DNA from: Legionella genomosp. 1
GTDB lineage: Bacteria > Pseudomonadota > Gammaproteobacteria > UBA6186 > Azoamicaceae
Direction of reading: 5' to 3'
Assembly (NCBI GenBank): GCA_945878715.1
Contig: CAMCTX010000006.1
Span: forward strand, 5,384-29,383
Length of the DNA stretch: 24,000 bases
Shown here: positions 1-8,852 of the stretch, piece by piece
Layout of the letters: each line of letters opens with the position of its first letter
Position numbering within the stretch: the stretch's first letter is position 1
Program-made: the position numbers and the translations under genes
Notes under the pieces: model-generated
What the model was told of the DNA's origin: nothing
Seen by the model: only the letters and a program-made list of their open reading frames with translations
The model's database searches: none

Positions 1-515
1 AGCGTGCCGAAATAGCGACGGCTATTAAAGAACAAATGGTTGAAACCCTTAAAAATTACCACACAGGGATTTGGGTTTTAGGGGTGGTTATGCAGTTTGC
101 CAAAGCGCCAGACGAAGTACGCGCTGCTTTCGATGAAGTGATCAAGGCCTCTGCCGATGAAGAACGTTTAGTGAATCAGGCCAGAGCCTATGAAAACGAG
201 GTTCTCCCCAAAGCACGTGGAACGGCCGAGCGCTTAAAGAGCGAGGCTTTGGCAGATAAAGAAGAAAGCATTTTAATAGCAGAAGGTAATGTGAAACGCT
301 TTAATCTAGTGCTGCCCCAGTATTTGCTCGCACCCAAGGTCACGCAAGCACGTTTGTATATCGAAACCATCGAAGCCGTCTTGTCTAAAGCTTCCAAGGT
401 AATGGTCGATCTGCCACAAGGTAATAACGTGGTGTATCTGCCCATAGAACCCTTAAAAAGTGCAGTACCTATCACAGAGAGTGAATTACCACAACCACAG
501 GGGAAAACACCATGA
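1..515 (+). CDS. hflK: HflK, membrane protease-regulating subunit (C-terminal part; gene starts before the window)
   Basis: The frame is open from the window start (…RAEIATAIKEQMVETLKNYHTGIWVLGVVMQFAKAPDEVRAAFDEV…), matching the SPFH-domain C-terminal part of HflK. It overlaps hflC by ATGA. Confidence 0.88.
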   Translation, partial: RAEIATAIKEQMVETLKNYHTGIWVLGVVMQFAKAPDEVRAAFDEVIKASADEERLVNQARAYENEVLPKARGTAERLKSEALADKEESILIAEGNVKRFNLVLPQYLLAPKVTQARLYIETIEAVLSKASKVMVDLPQGNNVVYLPIEPLKSAVPITESELPQPQGKTP

Positions 516-1429
516 CACGTTCTGGGATGTTCATGGTTGCGCTCATCACCCTATCCGTCGCGGTGGTCTCTTCCTTATTTACGGTGTATGAATCTTCCCG
601 TGTCATTATTGCGCGCTTAGGGGCTTTGCAAAGTGATGCACAGGGGGAAGTCTGTATTTATGGGCCAGGGTTACACTGGAAGCTACCCTTGCTGGATACC
701 GTCCACAGTTTTGATACGCGTTTACACATGACAGAAGTGCCTTCCGAACGCATTGTTACCAAAGAAAAAGAAGTACTCTTGGTCGATCTCTTTGTGCAGT
801 GGCGTATTAAAGATTATGCGCTCTATTATAATGCGACCCAGGGTCAGGGTTTGGGCGATGGCTTATCGGGTTTAGATCGTGCACAGCAGTTATTGCGCCA
901 AAATGTAAAGGGTGTGCTGCATGCAGAGTTTGGGCTTCGCACTTTACAAGAGGTAGTCTCGGGCGAGCGTAAAGAGCTCACCGAAAAGCTTGCCAAACGC
1001 AGCAACGACAATGTACGGGCCTATGGGATGGAAGTCGTCGATCTACGCGTGAATCGCGTGGAATATCCACCTGAAGTCAATGAAAAAGTTTTTGCGCGTA
1101 TGAGTTCTGAGCGCAAAAGAGTGGCTGTAGGTTATCGGGCCAGCGGTGAATCCAAGGCAGCGATTATCCATGCAGATGCCGATAGAAAAGCCAAGATTAT
1201 GATTGCCGAAGCACAAAAAGAAGCCGAACAATTGCGGGGTGAAGGCGATGCCAAAGCCTCTCAGATCTACGCCAGCAGTTTTAATCAGGCACCAGAATTT
1301 TATCAATTTTATAGAAGCTTAGAGGCCTATCGCACTATCTTTAACAGCAAAGAGGATCGATTAATTCTCAAACCCGATAGCGAGTTCTTTAAGTATTTTC
1401 GCAGTGGCCAATATAAAAATAAAGAGTGA
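512..1429 (+). CDS. hflC: HflC, membrane protease-regulating SPFH protein
   Basis: 305 aa with an N-terminal TM and motifs such as RIIARLGALQSD…GPGLHWKLPLLDTVHSFDTRLHM and YPPEVNEKVFARMSSERKRVAVGYRASGE. It is adjacent to hflK. Confidence 0.93.
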   Translation: MTRSGMFMVALITLSVAVVSSLFTVYESSRVIIARLGALQSDAQGEVCIYGPGLHWKLPLLDTVHSFDTRLHMTEVPSERIVTKEKEVLLVDLFVQWRIKDYALYYNATQGQGLGDGLSGLDRAQQLLRQNVKGVLHAEFGLRTLQEVVSGERKELTEKLAKRSNDNVRAYGMEVVDLRVNRVEYPPEVNEKVFARMSSERKRVAVGYRASGESKAAIIHADADRKAKIMIAEAQKEAEQLRGEGDAKASQIYASSFNQAPEFYQFYRSLEAYRTIFNSKEDRLILKPDSEFFKYFRSGQYKNKE

Positions 1430-1452
1430 AGAAGGCATGTTAGAAGATTGCA

Positions 1453-1539
1453 TGGTGCCGAGGAGAGGACTTGAACCCCCACGGAGTTTCCCCCACAAGC
1501 ACCTGAAGCTTGCGTGTCTACCAATTTCACCACCTCGGC
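1453..1539 (-). tRNA. tRNA-Leu, anticodon CAG, encoded CCA
   Basis: The reverse complement is GCCGAGGTGGTGAAATTGGTAGACACGCAAGCTTCAGGTGCTTGTGGGGGAAACTCCGTGGGGGTTCAAGTCCTCTCCTCGGCACCA. It has a 7-bp acceptor stem (GCCGAGG/CCTCGGC), an anticodon stem-loop CAAGC-TTCAGGT-GCTTG, a long variable arm, GGTTCAAGTCC and a CCA end. Confidence 0.95.
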
Positions 1540-1607
1540 CAGAGGCAAACTGTAGCGATCCTTCGGATCAAAGTCAATGGTAAACTGGTATGCTTATCAA
1601 GAACGAA

Positions 1608-1697
1608 TTTTAGGTGTTCCCGAAGCGAGGAACCGTTTTCCCGAAGCCCCCTTTCAGGGGGCGAGTTGGGTACCGCAGCGCAGGGAAGCACCTAAAA
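1608..1697. repeat. Long-range inverted repeat / structured element with an internal strong hairpin
   Basis: TTTTAGGTG-TTCCC at the left end matches the reverse complement of GGGAAGCACCTAAAA at the right end (one bulge). Inside is GCCCCCT-TTC-AGGGGGC (1646..1662). Confidence 0.6.
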
Positions 1698-1718
1698 TGA
1701 GATTGCAACGAGTATATA

Positions 1719-4037
1719 ATGTCTAAAAAACCCCCTAAAGATCCCCATGCCTCTCGTGAAGCCACGCGCTATGAGAATCCTATTCCCAGCCGGGAATTTA
1801 TTCTCGAGCACTTAGAGCATCGGGGGGAGCCTGCCTTGTACGATGAGTTGCTTCAGGAACTCGATCTTGTGGAAGAAGATAGGCAAGAAGCCTTGCATCG
1901 CAGAATCAAAGCCATGTTAAGAGATGGTCAGCTCGACAGGCTTAAAGGCGGTTATTTTTGTATTGCGCCCCAACGCATTGTGGTAGAAGGTACCATCTTG
2001 GTGGAAAAGGGCAAGCAGCGCAGAGTGTGGATCCTCCCTAAAGATGGTACGGCGCGCCTAAGCTTAGCCTGGGAAGGCACAGAGCCTGTGTATACGGGTA
2101 ATAAAGTATTGGTTGCCACCACGGAGCCCGATAGCACACAAGTGCGCAGTGCCAAACTGCTGGAAATTCTCGAACAGCAGCGCGTTTTAATAACCGGGCG
2201 TTTTATACAAGAAGCGGGTTTTTCTCATGTGATACCCCATGGCAAAGAAAAAGAAGTGGTGCGTGATATTTTAATCCCACAAGGCAAAGAACACGCTGCG
2301 ATGGATGGCCAAATGGTGGTGGTCGAGCTGCTCAAGCAGTCTTCACGTTGGTCCGATCCCCTAGGCCAAGTGGTAGAAATATTAGGCTCTGAAGAGACAC
2401 CTGGTATTGAAATAGAAGCCGCCATGCGTGCCTATGAATTACCCCATCTGTGGTCTGAAGCCGCGCTTTTAGAAGCCGAAGCCTTTGGTACTGTGGTTCC
2501 CGCGGCTGCAGCCAAAGATCGACTCGATTTACGCGATTTGCCTTTGGTCACGATCGATGGCGAAGATGCCAAAGATTTTGATGATGCGGTGTATTGCGAG
2601 GCCAAAAAAGACGGTGGTTTTACGCTAACTGTGGCCATTGCCGATGTTAGCTATTATGTGCGTGAAGCCACTATGCTCGATAGTGAGTCCGAACTGCGGG
2701 GTACGTCTGTTTATTTTCCAGGCAAAGTCATCCCCATGTTGCCCGAACAGCTTTCCAATGAATTATGTTCTTTAAAGCCCCAGGTCGATCGCTTGTGTAT
2801 GGCCTGTGTCATGTCCATTAATGCCGAAGGTAAAATAACGCACTATGCCTTTCACGAAGCCATTATCTGTTCCAAAGCTAGGCTTACCTATACCATCGTT
2901 GCCGATCTGCTTCGCAGTCCTCAGGATCTGCCTGCAGACTCACCCTATGCGCCCCTTTTACCCGCATTGCAGCGCTTAGAAGCCCTGTATAAAGTATTAA
3001 AAACAGCCCGGGATCTGCGAGGGGCTGTGGAATTTGAAAGTGCCGAAACACGTATTATTTTTGGAGAAAATCGAAAGATTGAGCGTATCGAACCCGTGCA
3101 TCGTAACGATGCCCATCGTATTATCGAAGAATGTATGTTATGTGCCAATGTGGCCTGTGCCAGCTTTTTGAAAAAGCATCAATTACCCGGGCTTTATCGC
3201 AATCATCAGGGGCCTTCCAAAGAAAAACTGGCCGATTTGCGTACTTTCTTAAGTGAATTAGCGCTATCCTTGGGTGGTGGAGACGATCCCGAACCCTTAG
3301 ATTATGCCAGGCTCTTACACTCGGTACAAAAACGCGCGGATGCGACTATTATTCAAACCGTTTTATTACGATCCTTATCGCAGGCCGTTTATGCGAAAGA
3401 TAATCTAGGCCATTTTGGTTTGGCCTATCCTATGTATGCGCATTTTACGTCGCCTATTCGACGCTATCCCGATCTCTTAGTGCACCGACAAATCCGCTTG
3501 TTTTTACGCAATCAATGGACCGATAAAAAACAAGCGCAGGCGAAGAGCGAAGAGGCGCAACAAAGGCTCGCACGGGTGGGTGAGCATGTGTCGATGACCG
3601 AAAGACGTGCCGATGATGCGGTGCGCGATGTTACGCGTTGGCTGAAGTGTCAATATATTCAGCAACATGTGGGCGAGGTCTTTACGGCGCTTATTTCAGG
3701 GGTCACACGCTTTGGTTTTTTTGCAGAATTAAAAGAGCTGTATATCGATGGCTTAGTGCATGTCACCAGTCTTCGCAACGATTATTATTATTTCGATGCC
3801 ATTCATCATCGCTTAGTGGGTGAACGCAGTGGTGTGAGCTATAAGCTGGGCGATAGCGTGCAGGTAAAGGTTGTCAAGGTGGATGTGGATGATCGTAAAA
3901 TCGATTTTGAATTAGTCGGAGAGCCGCAACACACGCTTCGCCCCGATCAAAAACCCCGCAAAAAGAAAGCCTATAGAAGCAATCCTTCACGCAAGGGGCC
4001 CACCACCGGTGCAGGTCGCAAAAAGGCTGCGAAATAA
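1719..4037 (+). CDS. rnr: Ribonuclease R (RNB-family 3'-5' exoribonuclease)
   Basis: 772 aa. N-terminus YENPIPSREFILEHLEHRG; catalytic RNB motifs DGEDAKDFDDAVYCE, YAHFTSPIRRYPDLLVHR and SMTERRADDAVRDVTRWLKC; C-terminal S1 domain and basic tail. Confidence 0.96.
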   Translation: MSKKPPKDPHASREATRYENPIPSREFILEHLEHRGEPALYDELLQELDLVEEDRQEALHRRIKAMLRDGQLDRLKGGYFCIAPQRIVVEGTILVEKGKQRRVWILPKDGTARLSLAWEGTEPVYTGNKVLVATTEPDSTQVRSAKLLEILEQQRVLITGRFIQEAGFSHVIPHGKEKEVVRDILIPQGKEHAAMDGQMVVVELLKQSSRWSDPLGQVVEILGSEETPGIEIEAAMRAYELPHLWSEAALLEAEAFGTVVPAAAAKDRLDLRDLPLVTIDGEDAKDFDDAVYCEAKKDGGFTLTVAIADVSYYVREATMLDSESELRGTSVYFPGKVIPMLPEQLSNELCSLKPQVDRLCMACVMSINAEGKITHYAFHEAIICSKARLTYTIVADLLRSPQDLPADSPYAPLLPALQRLEALYKVLKTARDLRGAVEFESAETRIIFGENRKIERIEPVHRNDAHRIIEECMLCANVACASFLKKHQLPGLYRNHQGPSKEKLADLRTFLSELALSLGGGDDPEPLDYARLLHSVQKRADATIIQTVLLRSLSQAVYAKDNLGHFGLAYPMYAHFTSPIRRYPDLLVHRQIRLFLRNQWTDKKQAQAKSEEAQQRLARVGEHVSMTERRADDAVRDVTRWLKCQYIQQHVGEVFTALISGVTRFGFFAELKELYIDGLVHVTSLRNDYYYFDAIHHRLVGERSGVSYKLGDSVQVKVVKVDVDDRKIDFELVGEPQHTLRPDQKPRKKKAYRSNPSRKGPTTGAGRKKAAK

Positions 4038-4774
4038 TGGCCGATCATTGGTTATACGGGATCCATCCCATTCAAACATTATTGCGTACAGCGCCCGAAC
4101 GTATTTTAGAACTCAGTGTGGCAGACAATGCCGAGCCTGCACGTCTTGACCCCATTGTATCCGAAGCACGTGCGGCCGGTATTTCTGTACAATCCTACCC
4201 CAGAAAAACCCTCGATCAATGGGCAGGGACCGATAAACATCAAGGTCTGGTGGCACGGGTGCGTGCCCAAGCAGCCTTAGGCGAACACGATCTGGACGAT
4301 TTAATCAAACGTCATCCAAAACCCTTTTTATTAATTCTAGATGGTGTACAAGATCCCCATAATTTAGGCGCTTGTCTGCGTACCGCCGATGCCGCTGGGG
4401 TGCATGCCGTGATTATTCCTAAGCATCAAGCCGCCCATTTAAGTCCTGTGGTGCATAAGGTTGCCTGTGGCGCGGCCGAAACAATCCCCCTTATACAGGT
4501 TCAAAATTTAGCACGTTGTATGCGTGATTTAAAGACGCAAGGCATTTGGATGGTGGGCGCAAGCCTAGGTGCACCGAAGACCCTGTATGAAGTCGATTTG
4601 AATAGCCCCCTCTGTATCGTGCTCGGTGCAGAAGGCACAGGCTTACGACATCTCACCGAGGAACAATGCGATTGGTTGGTCGAAATCCCCATGCGGGGTG
4701 CCGTATCAAGTCTCAATGTCTCGGTCGCAACCGGTGTCTGTTTGTACGAAGCGCTGCGTCAGCGAAAGTCTTGA
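4037..4774 (+). CDS. rlmB: 23S rRNA (guanosine-2'-O-)-methyltransferase RlmB, SpoU family
   Basis: 245 aa. YGIHPIQTLLRTAPERI, LILDGVQDPHNLGACLRTADAAGVHAVIIPK, IVLGAEGTGLRHLTEEQCDWLVEIPMRGAVSSLNVSVATGVCLYEALRQ. It overlaps rnr by 1 nt (TAATG). Confidence 0.95.
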   Translation: MADHWLYGIHPIQTLLRTAPERILELSVADNAEPARLDPIVSEARAAGISVQSYPRKTLDQWAGTDKHQGLVARVRAQAALGEHDLDDLIKRHPKPFLLILDGVQDPHNLGACLRTADAAGVHAVIIPKHQAAHLSPVVHKVACGAAETIPLIQVQNLARCMRDLKTQGIWMVGASLGAPKTLYEVDLNSPLCIVLGAEGTGLRHLTEEQCDWLVEIPMRGAVSSLNVSVATGVCLYEALRQRKS

Positions 4775-4844
4775 ATTCAAGCAGGTCTTCGGTATACGAT
4801 CAGAATTGTGCTATTGAGTGCACGGCATGTCAAAGGATTGATCC

Positions 4845-6554
4845 ATGCTCACACCCACAGTCTACCAAGCTCGCTTAGAACAAGAAGAAAAGCTGATCCA
4901 AAGATACCAAGCAGTAATCGACCAACAAAACGCCACGATCGATTCAATACGTGCAGACTTTGACATTAAAATCGCAGGCATTAACCAACAACAATTAGCA
5001 TTCGATCAAAAACAAAAATTGCTAACAGTGTACATGGAATGTTTAAGAAATTATTTACACCTTTGGGAGTCTTATACACCCACCAATCTGGATGCGCCAC
5101 TCGAGGCTGAGCATGGTAAAACCAGACTATCCAGAGATGGTACAGAAGTGACTTTCAGAACATTGATTGATAGACAGCACAAAGCCTATCAGGATCGTAT
5201 TGTGCAGTGTGCACAGGGTATTATCGAAGATTATAAAGCCTTTTTAAACAATCGCATGACGGTTTTTGTAGAAGATACCTTTCTCATCAATCCTCAGAGT
5301 CAAGCCTTAATCGATCAAGAACTAGCACGTTTTAGCGCTGCCTTGTACAACCCAGTGGTTGCACACTATGCATCATTTGTTTTTCCACAGACAGAGGCTT
5401 TGGTGCGTGATTGTCTTTGTGAAACACAGGCAGATTTTCTTGAAATCCAAAATCAGTATGTTCGTTGTTTGGATGCACAACCTGTGGTTGTAGAACAAAG
5501 CGATGTTTTTCAAGGCGACACACGAGAAAAAATTGAAATATTAAGGTCTCAGTATTTGGAAATCCTTCCGAGTGATGTGAGCAGTATGATTTATACCTGG
5601 TGTGGCAGTGGCGATCTACAGGCTTTGGCCCAACATCTTCAAGATAGTACTGAATCACCTTTTCATGTCAGTGCTTATCTGAAGCATCATGCACCAGAGG
5701 CCCTGCATAGGGCTTGTGGTGCTAATCAATTAATGCTTGTCAAACAATTGCTGGATGAAGGTGTGAAACCCATGCCCGATCGCTATGCTTATCCACCCGT
5801 TCATTATGCCGCTTTATATTCACATCACGATACCATCCCTATTTTGGAGGCACTTTATCAACACGATCATCAGACCATGATGCATACAGGACCCAGAAGG
5901 CAAATGCCTTTGCATACAGCTGCAGCCTCTGGTAATGTCTATGCAGTGATGTGGTTGCTTCACAGAGCGGCTCCGATCAATGCACACGATGCCGACGGCA
6001 ATACGCCCCTACATTGTGCAGTCTTGTACGATCAGGCGGTGATTGTGCGGTTATTATGTTCACAAGGGGCTCTATTTCTGTACAACCATCATCAATTGAC
6101 ACCGCTTGCTTTGGCCATACGTTGGGAAAAACAGGAAGCCCTGAAGGCTTTTGATGAAATACAGTTGTCGATGGTCGAGCGTATAGCCTTAGCCAGTTCC
6201 TATGTTTCACACCGATTATCGCTCGGGAGTAGACGACGTATAGAAAGCGTGGCTGCGGCATTATCCCCCCCAGGACAAGTATTACCAGACAGTACCGATG
6301 ACATCATGCAAGCGATGCGAAGAGGTGCCCTAACAGCGTTTGAAGATCCACCTGTGGCCTCAATACGATGCACAGTCAAAGCACCCTCACCTCAAGCGAA
6401 AGCTATAGCCTCTAAAAAATTTCCTGTGTTATTCCATTTTCCTCGGTTAAGGCAGAAGAAACTAGGCGTGGAAGAAATAAGTCATTCAACTACAGAATCA
6501 GGATACACAGCCATAGAATTAGAACCTATTAAATCAAGTCAGATAACACTTTAG
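4845..6554 (+). CDS. Ankyrin repeat-containing protein with N-terminal helical/coiled-coil region; candidate secreted effector
   Basis: 569 aa. Ankyrin-type motifs at about residues 285-437 (e.g. RRQMPLHTAAASGNVYAVMWLLHRAAPINAHDADGNTPLHCAVLYDQAVIVRLLCSQGA). No signal peptide is evident. Confidence 0.8.
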   Translation: MLTPTVYQARLEQEEKLIQRYQAVIDQQNATIDSIRADFDIKIAGINQQQLAFDQKQKLLTVYMECLRNYLHLWESYTPTNLDAPLEAEHGKTRLSRDGTEVTFRTLIDRQHKAYQDRIVQCAQGIIEDYKAFLNNRMTVFVEDTFLINPQSQALIDQELARFSAALYNPVVAHYASFVFPQTEALVRDCLCETQADFLEIQNQYVRCLDAQPVVVEQSDVFQGDTREKIEILRSQYLEILPSDVSSMIYTWCGSGDLQALAQHLQDSTESPFHVSAYLKHHAPEALHRACGANQLMLVKQLLDEGVKPMPDRYAYPPVHYAALYSHHDTIPILEALYQHDHQTMMHTGPRRQMPLHTAAASGNVYAVMWLLHRAAPINAHDADGNTPLHCAVLYDQAVIVRLLCSQGALFLYNHHQLTPLALAIRWEKQEALKAFDEIQLSMVERIALASSYVSHRLSLGSRRRIESVAAALSPPGQVLPDSTDDIMQAMRRGALTAFEDPPVASIRCTVKAPSPQAKAIASKKFPVLFHFPRLRQKKLGVEEISHSTTESGYTAIELEPIKSSQITL

Positions 6555-6584
6555 GCTAAGTAGTTCACAGAACATTCGCCAAGA

Positions 6585-6643
6585 CTATCTAAGTCAGGTA
6601 AGATAGCATCTGTAGGGGCAGGTCTGAAGTGCCGGCCCTATCT
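6585..6643 (+). promoter_or_regulatory. Possible leader with mutually exclusive stems upstream of glyA
   Basis: CTATCT (6585-6590), AGATAG (6601-6606) and CTATCT (6638-6643), plus TAGGG-GCA…TGC-CGG-CCCTA. The last CTATCT directly abuts AGGAG, about 6 nt before the glyA ATG. Confidence 0.3.
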
Positions 6644-6654
6644 AGGAGACCTGA

Positions 6655-7914
6655 ATGGCCCATTTTTATTCCGATCAGACTCTCGCCGATTTCGACCCAC
6701 CCCTGTGGGCGGCTATTAGGGGCGAGCAGCAGCGTCAGGAAGATCATATCGAACTCATTGCTTCTGAAAATTATGTGAGCCCTAGGGTTTTAGCCGCACA
6801 AGGCTCCGTTTTAACCAATAAATACGCCGAAGGTTACCCGGGTAAGCGCTACTATGGGGGCTGTGAATATGTCGATCAAGCCGAACTACTAGCTATCGCG
6901 CGTGCCAAAGAACTCTTTGGGGCCGCCTATGCCAATGTGCAGCCCCATTCAGGATCACAGGCCAATGCGGTGGCCTATATGGCTTTGCTTTCGCCTGGCG
7001 ATACTATTTTAGGGATGAGCCTAACCCATGGGGGGCATTTAACCCACGGGGCGAGTTTTAATTTCTCAGGTCGTTGTTATAAAGCTATTCAATATGGGGT
7101 AAAGCCTGAAACGGGTTTAATTGATTACGATCAGGTGCGTGCCCTTGCTTTGGAACATAAACCTAAACTCATTGTCGCAGGCTTTTCAGCCTATTCTAGA
7201 ATTGTTGATTGGCAGCAGTTTAGAGAAATAGCCGACAGCATTGGGGCTTATTTAATGGTAGACATGGCCCATGTGGCGGGTTTAGTGGCCACCGGTTTAT
7301 ACCCTTCACCCATCAATATTGCCGATGTTACAACCACGACCACGCATAAAACCTTAAGAGGTCCGCGTGGGGGCTTGGTGTTGGCGCGTGCCAATCCCGT
7401 GATTGAAAAAAAGCTCAATGCCGCGCTTTTCCCCGGTTTACAAGGAGGCCCTCTCATGCACGTCATCGCTGCCAAAGCGGTGGCTTTTAAAGAAGCACTG
7501 GATCCAGCCTTTAAAAATTATCAACAGCAAATTTTAAATAATGCACGTTTTTTTGCAGAGGGTCTTAGCAAGCAAGGCTTTAAGATTATTTCCGGGGGTA
7601 CGGATAATCATTTATTTTTAGTGGATCTCTCAGGCCAAGGCATTACCGGTCAGCAAGCCGAAGCGCTTTTAGAACAGGCCAATATTACCTTGAATAAAAA
7701 TACCATTCCCAATGATCCTTTAGGTCCTGTAGTAACCAGTGGATTACGCATAGGCACCCCCGCTATTACGACGCGCGGCTTTAAAGAACCCGAAGTACAG
7801 TGCCTGGTAGATTGGATCTCGGCCATTCTGAAACAGCCTTCTGATAGGGCGCTTTTACAAGGTATACGCTCGGAAGTTTTAGCCCTGTGTCATCGTTTTC
7901 CGGTGTATGCCTAA
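6655..7914 (+). CDS. glyA: Serine hydroxymethyltransferase
   Basis: 419 aa. [51 protein letters not shown]-lysine motif [28 protein letters not shown]. Confidence 0.98.
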   Translation: MAHFYSDQTLADFDPPLWAAIRGEQQRQEDHIELIASENYVSPRVLAAQGSVLTNKYAEGYPGKRYYGGCEYVDQAELLAIARAKELFGAAYANVQPHSGSQANAVAYMALLSPGDTILGMSLTHGGHLTHGASFNFSGRCYKAIQYGVKPETGLIDYDQVRALALEHKPKLIVAGFSAYSRIVDWQQFREIADSIGAYLMVDMAHVAGLVATGLYPSPINIADVTTTTTHKTLRGPRGGLVLARANPVIEKKLNAALFPGLQGGPLMHVIAAKAVAFKEALDPAFKNYQQQILNNARFFAEGLSKQGFKIISGGTDNHLFLVDLSGQGITGQQAEALLEQANITLNKNTIPNDPLGPVVTSGLRIGTPAITTRGFKEPEVQCLVDWISAILKQPSDRALLQGIRSEVLALCHRFPVYA

Positions 7915-8384
7915 TGCGCTGTCCTTTTTGTGCCACGGCCGATACAAAAGTGGTAGACTCTCGTCTGGTAGGGGAAGGTGACCAAGTAAGACGTCGTCGA
8001 GAGTGCGTAGGGTGTAATGCACGCTTTACCACCTATGAGACCACCGAGCTCTATGTGCCAAGGCTCCTAAAGCGGGATGGTCGTTGCGAGCAGTTTAGAG
8101 AAGAAAAATTACGGGCAGGCCTTCTGCGTGCTTTAGAAAAACGACCCGTGCGTATCGAAGAGGTTGATGCAGCCTTAAACCGGATTGTCGATAAATTAAG
8201 AGCATCGAGTGAACGAGAAGTAGAAACAAAAATAGTAGGTGAGTGGGTGATGGAAGAATTAAAAGCTTTGGATGAGATTGCCTATGTGCGTTTTGCATCG
8301 GTCTATCGTCGTTTTCAAGATGTGAGTGAATTTACCGAAGAGATTGCACGTTTAGAAAAGCCGGTAGAAGCCCATGATGAGTGA
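7914..8384 (+). CDS. nrdR: Transcriptional repressor NrdR (ATP-cone/Zn-ribbon)
   Basis: [46 protein letters not shown]… The ORF track starts at 7887, but the conserved start is the ATG at 7914, which overlaps the glyA stop (TAATG). Confidence 0.96.
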   Translation: MRCPFCATADTKVVDSRLVGEGDQVRRRRECVGCNARFTTYETTELYVPRLLKRDGRCEQFREEKLRAGLLRALEKRPVRIEEVDAALNRIVDKLRASSEREVETKIVGEWVMEELKALDEIAYVRFASVYRRFQDVSEFTEEIARLEKPVEAHDE

Positions 8385-8811
8385 TCCCAAACCCTCTTTT
8401 TCAGGCAGACGCAGAGCCCGTCGCTATGCACTACAAGCCCTCTATGGTTGGGGCCTCAGTCAAAACCCTTTGGCGGATGTCGAAACCTATACGCTGTCTG
8501 AGCATCAACACGGCGAGGTTGATAGCGCCTATTTTCAAATTCTTTTACATAGTATTCCCACCCAATTAAGTATTTTAGACAAACTGTTCGAACCTTATTT
8601 AAGCCGCAATCTGCGTGATTTGGGTTTAATTGAGCTTACGATTTTGCGTATTGCCGTCTACGAACTCAAAGAGCACACGGAAATCCCTTATCGTGTGGTG
8701 ATCAATGAAGCCTTAGAGCTCGCCAAAACCTTTGCTGCGCCCGATAGCCATAAATTTGTAAATGGTATTTTGGATAAGGTTAGAAAAGATCTCAGACCCT
8801 TAGAAAATTAG
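8374..8811 (+). CDS. nusB: Transcription antitermination factor NusB
   Basis: 145 aa. [72 protein letters not shown]. Confidence 0.95.
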   Translation: MMSDPKPSFSGRRRARRYALQALYGWGLSQNPLADVETYTLSEHQHGEVDSAYFQILLHSIPTQLSILDKLFEPYLSRNLRDLGLIELTILRIAVYELKEHTEIPYRVVINEALELAKTFAAPDSHKFVNGILDKVRKDLRPLEN

Positions 8812-8820
8812 CAACTGCTC

Positions 8821-8852
8821 GCCCTCACCCTAGCCCTCCCTCGAAAGAGGGA
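8821..8852. repeat. REP-like palindromic fragment / terminator-like hairpin at the convergent nusB-hemH junction
   Basis: GCCCTCACCCTAGCCCTCCCTCGAAAGAGGGA contains a perfect hairpin TCCCTC-GAAA-GAGGGA (8837..8852). It overlaps the hemH 3' end. Confidence 0.5.

Noticed and set aside
1327-1548. 73-aa plus-strand ORF spanning the hflC end and the tRNA
   Set aside because: It reads through the antisense strand of the tRNA-Leu gene (…VKLVDTQASGA…), a well-known spurious-ORF artefact.
1510-1695. 61-aa plus-strand ORF
   Set aside because: It overlaps the antisense of the tRNA-Leu and the structured inverted repeat, and is better explained by those features.
1715-1720. TATAAT -10-like box at the rnr start
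   Set aside because: It overlaps the start codon, so it cannot serve the annotated rnr start as a normal promoter. AT-rich chance match.
5332-5658. 108-aa minus-strand ORF inside the ankyrin gene
   Set aside because: It lies antisense to a longer ORF with clear ankyrin motifs. I see no independent evidence such as an RBS or domain.
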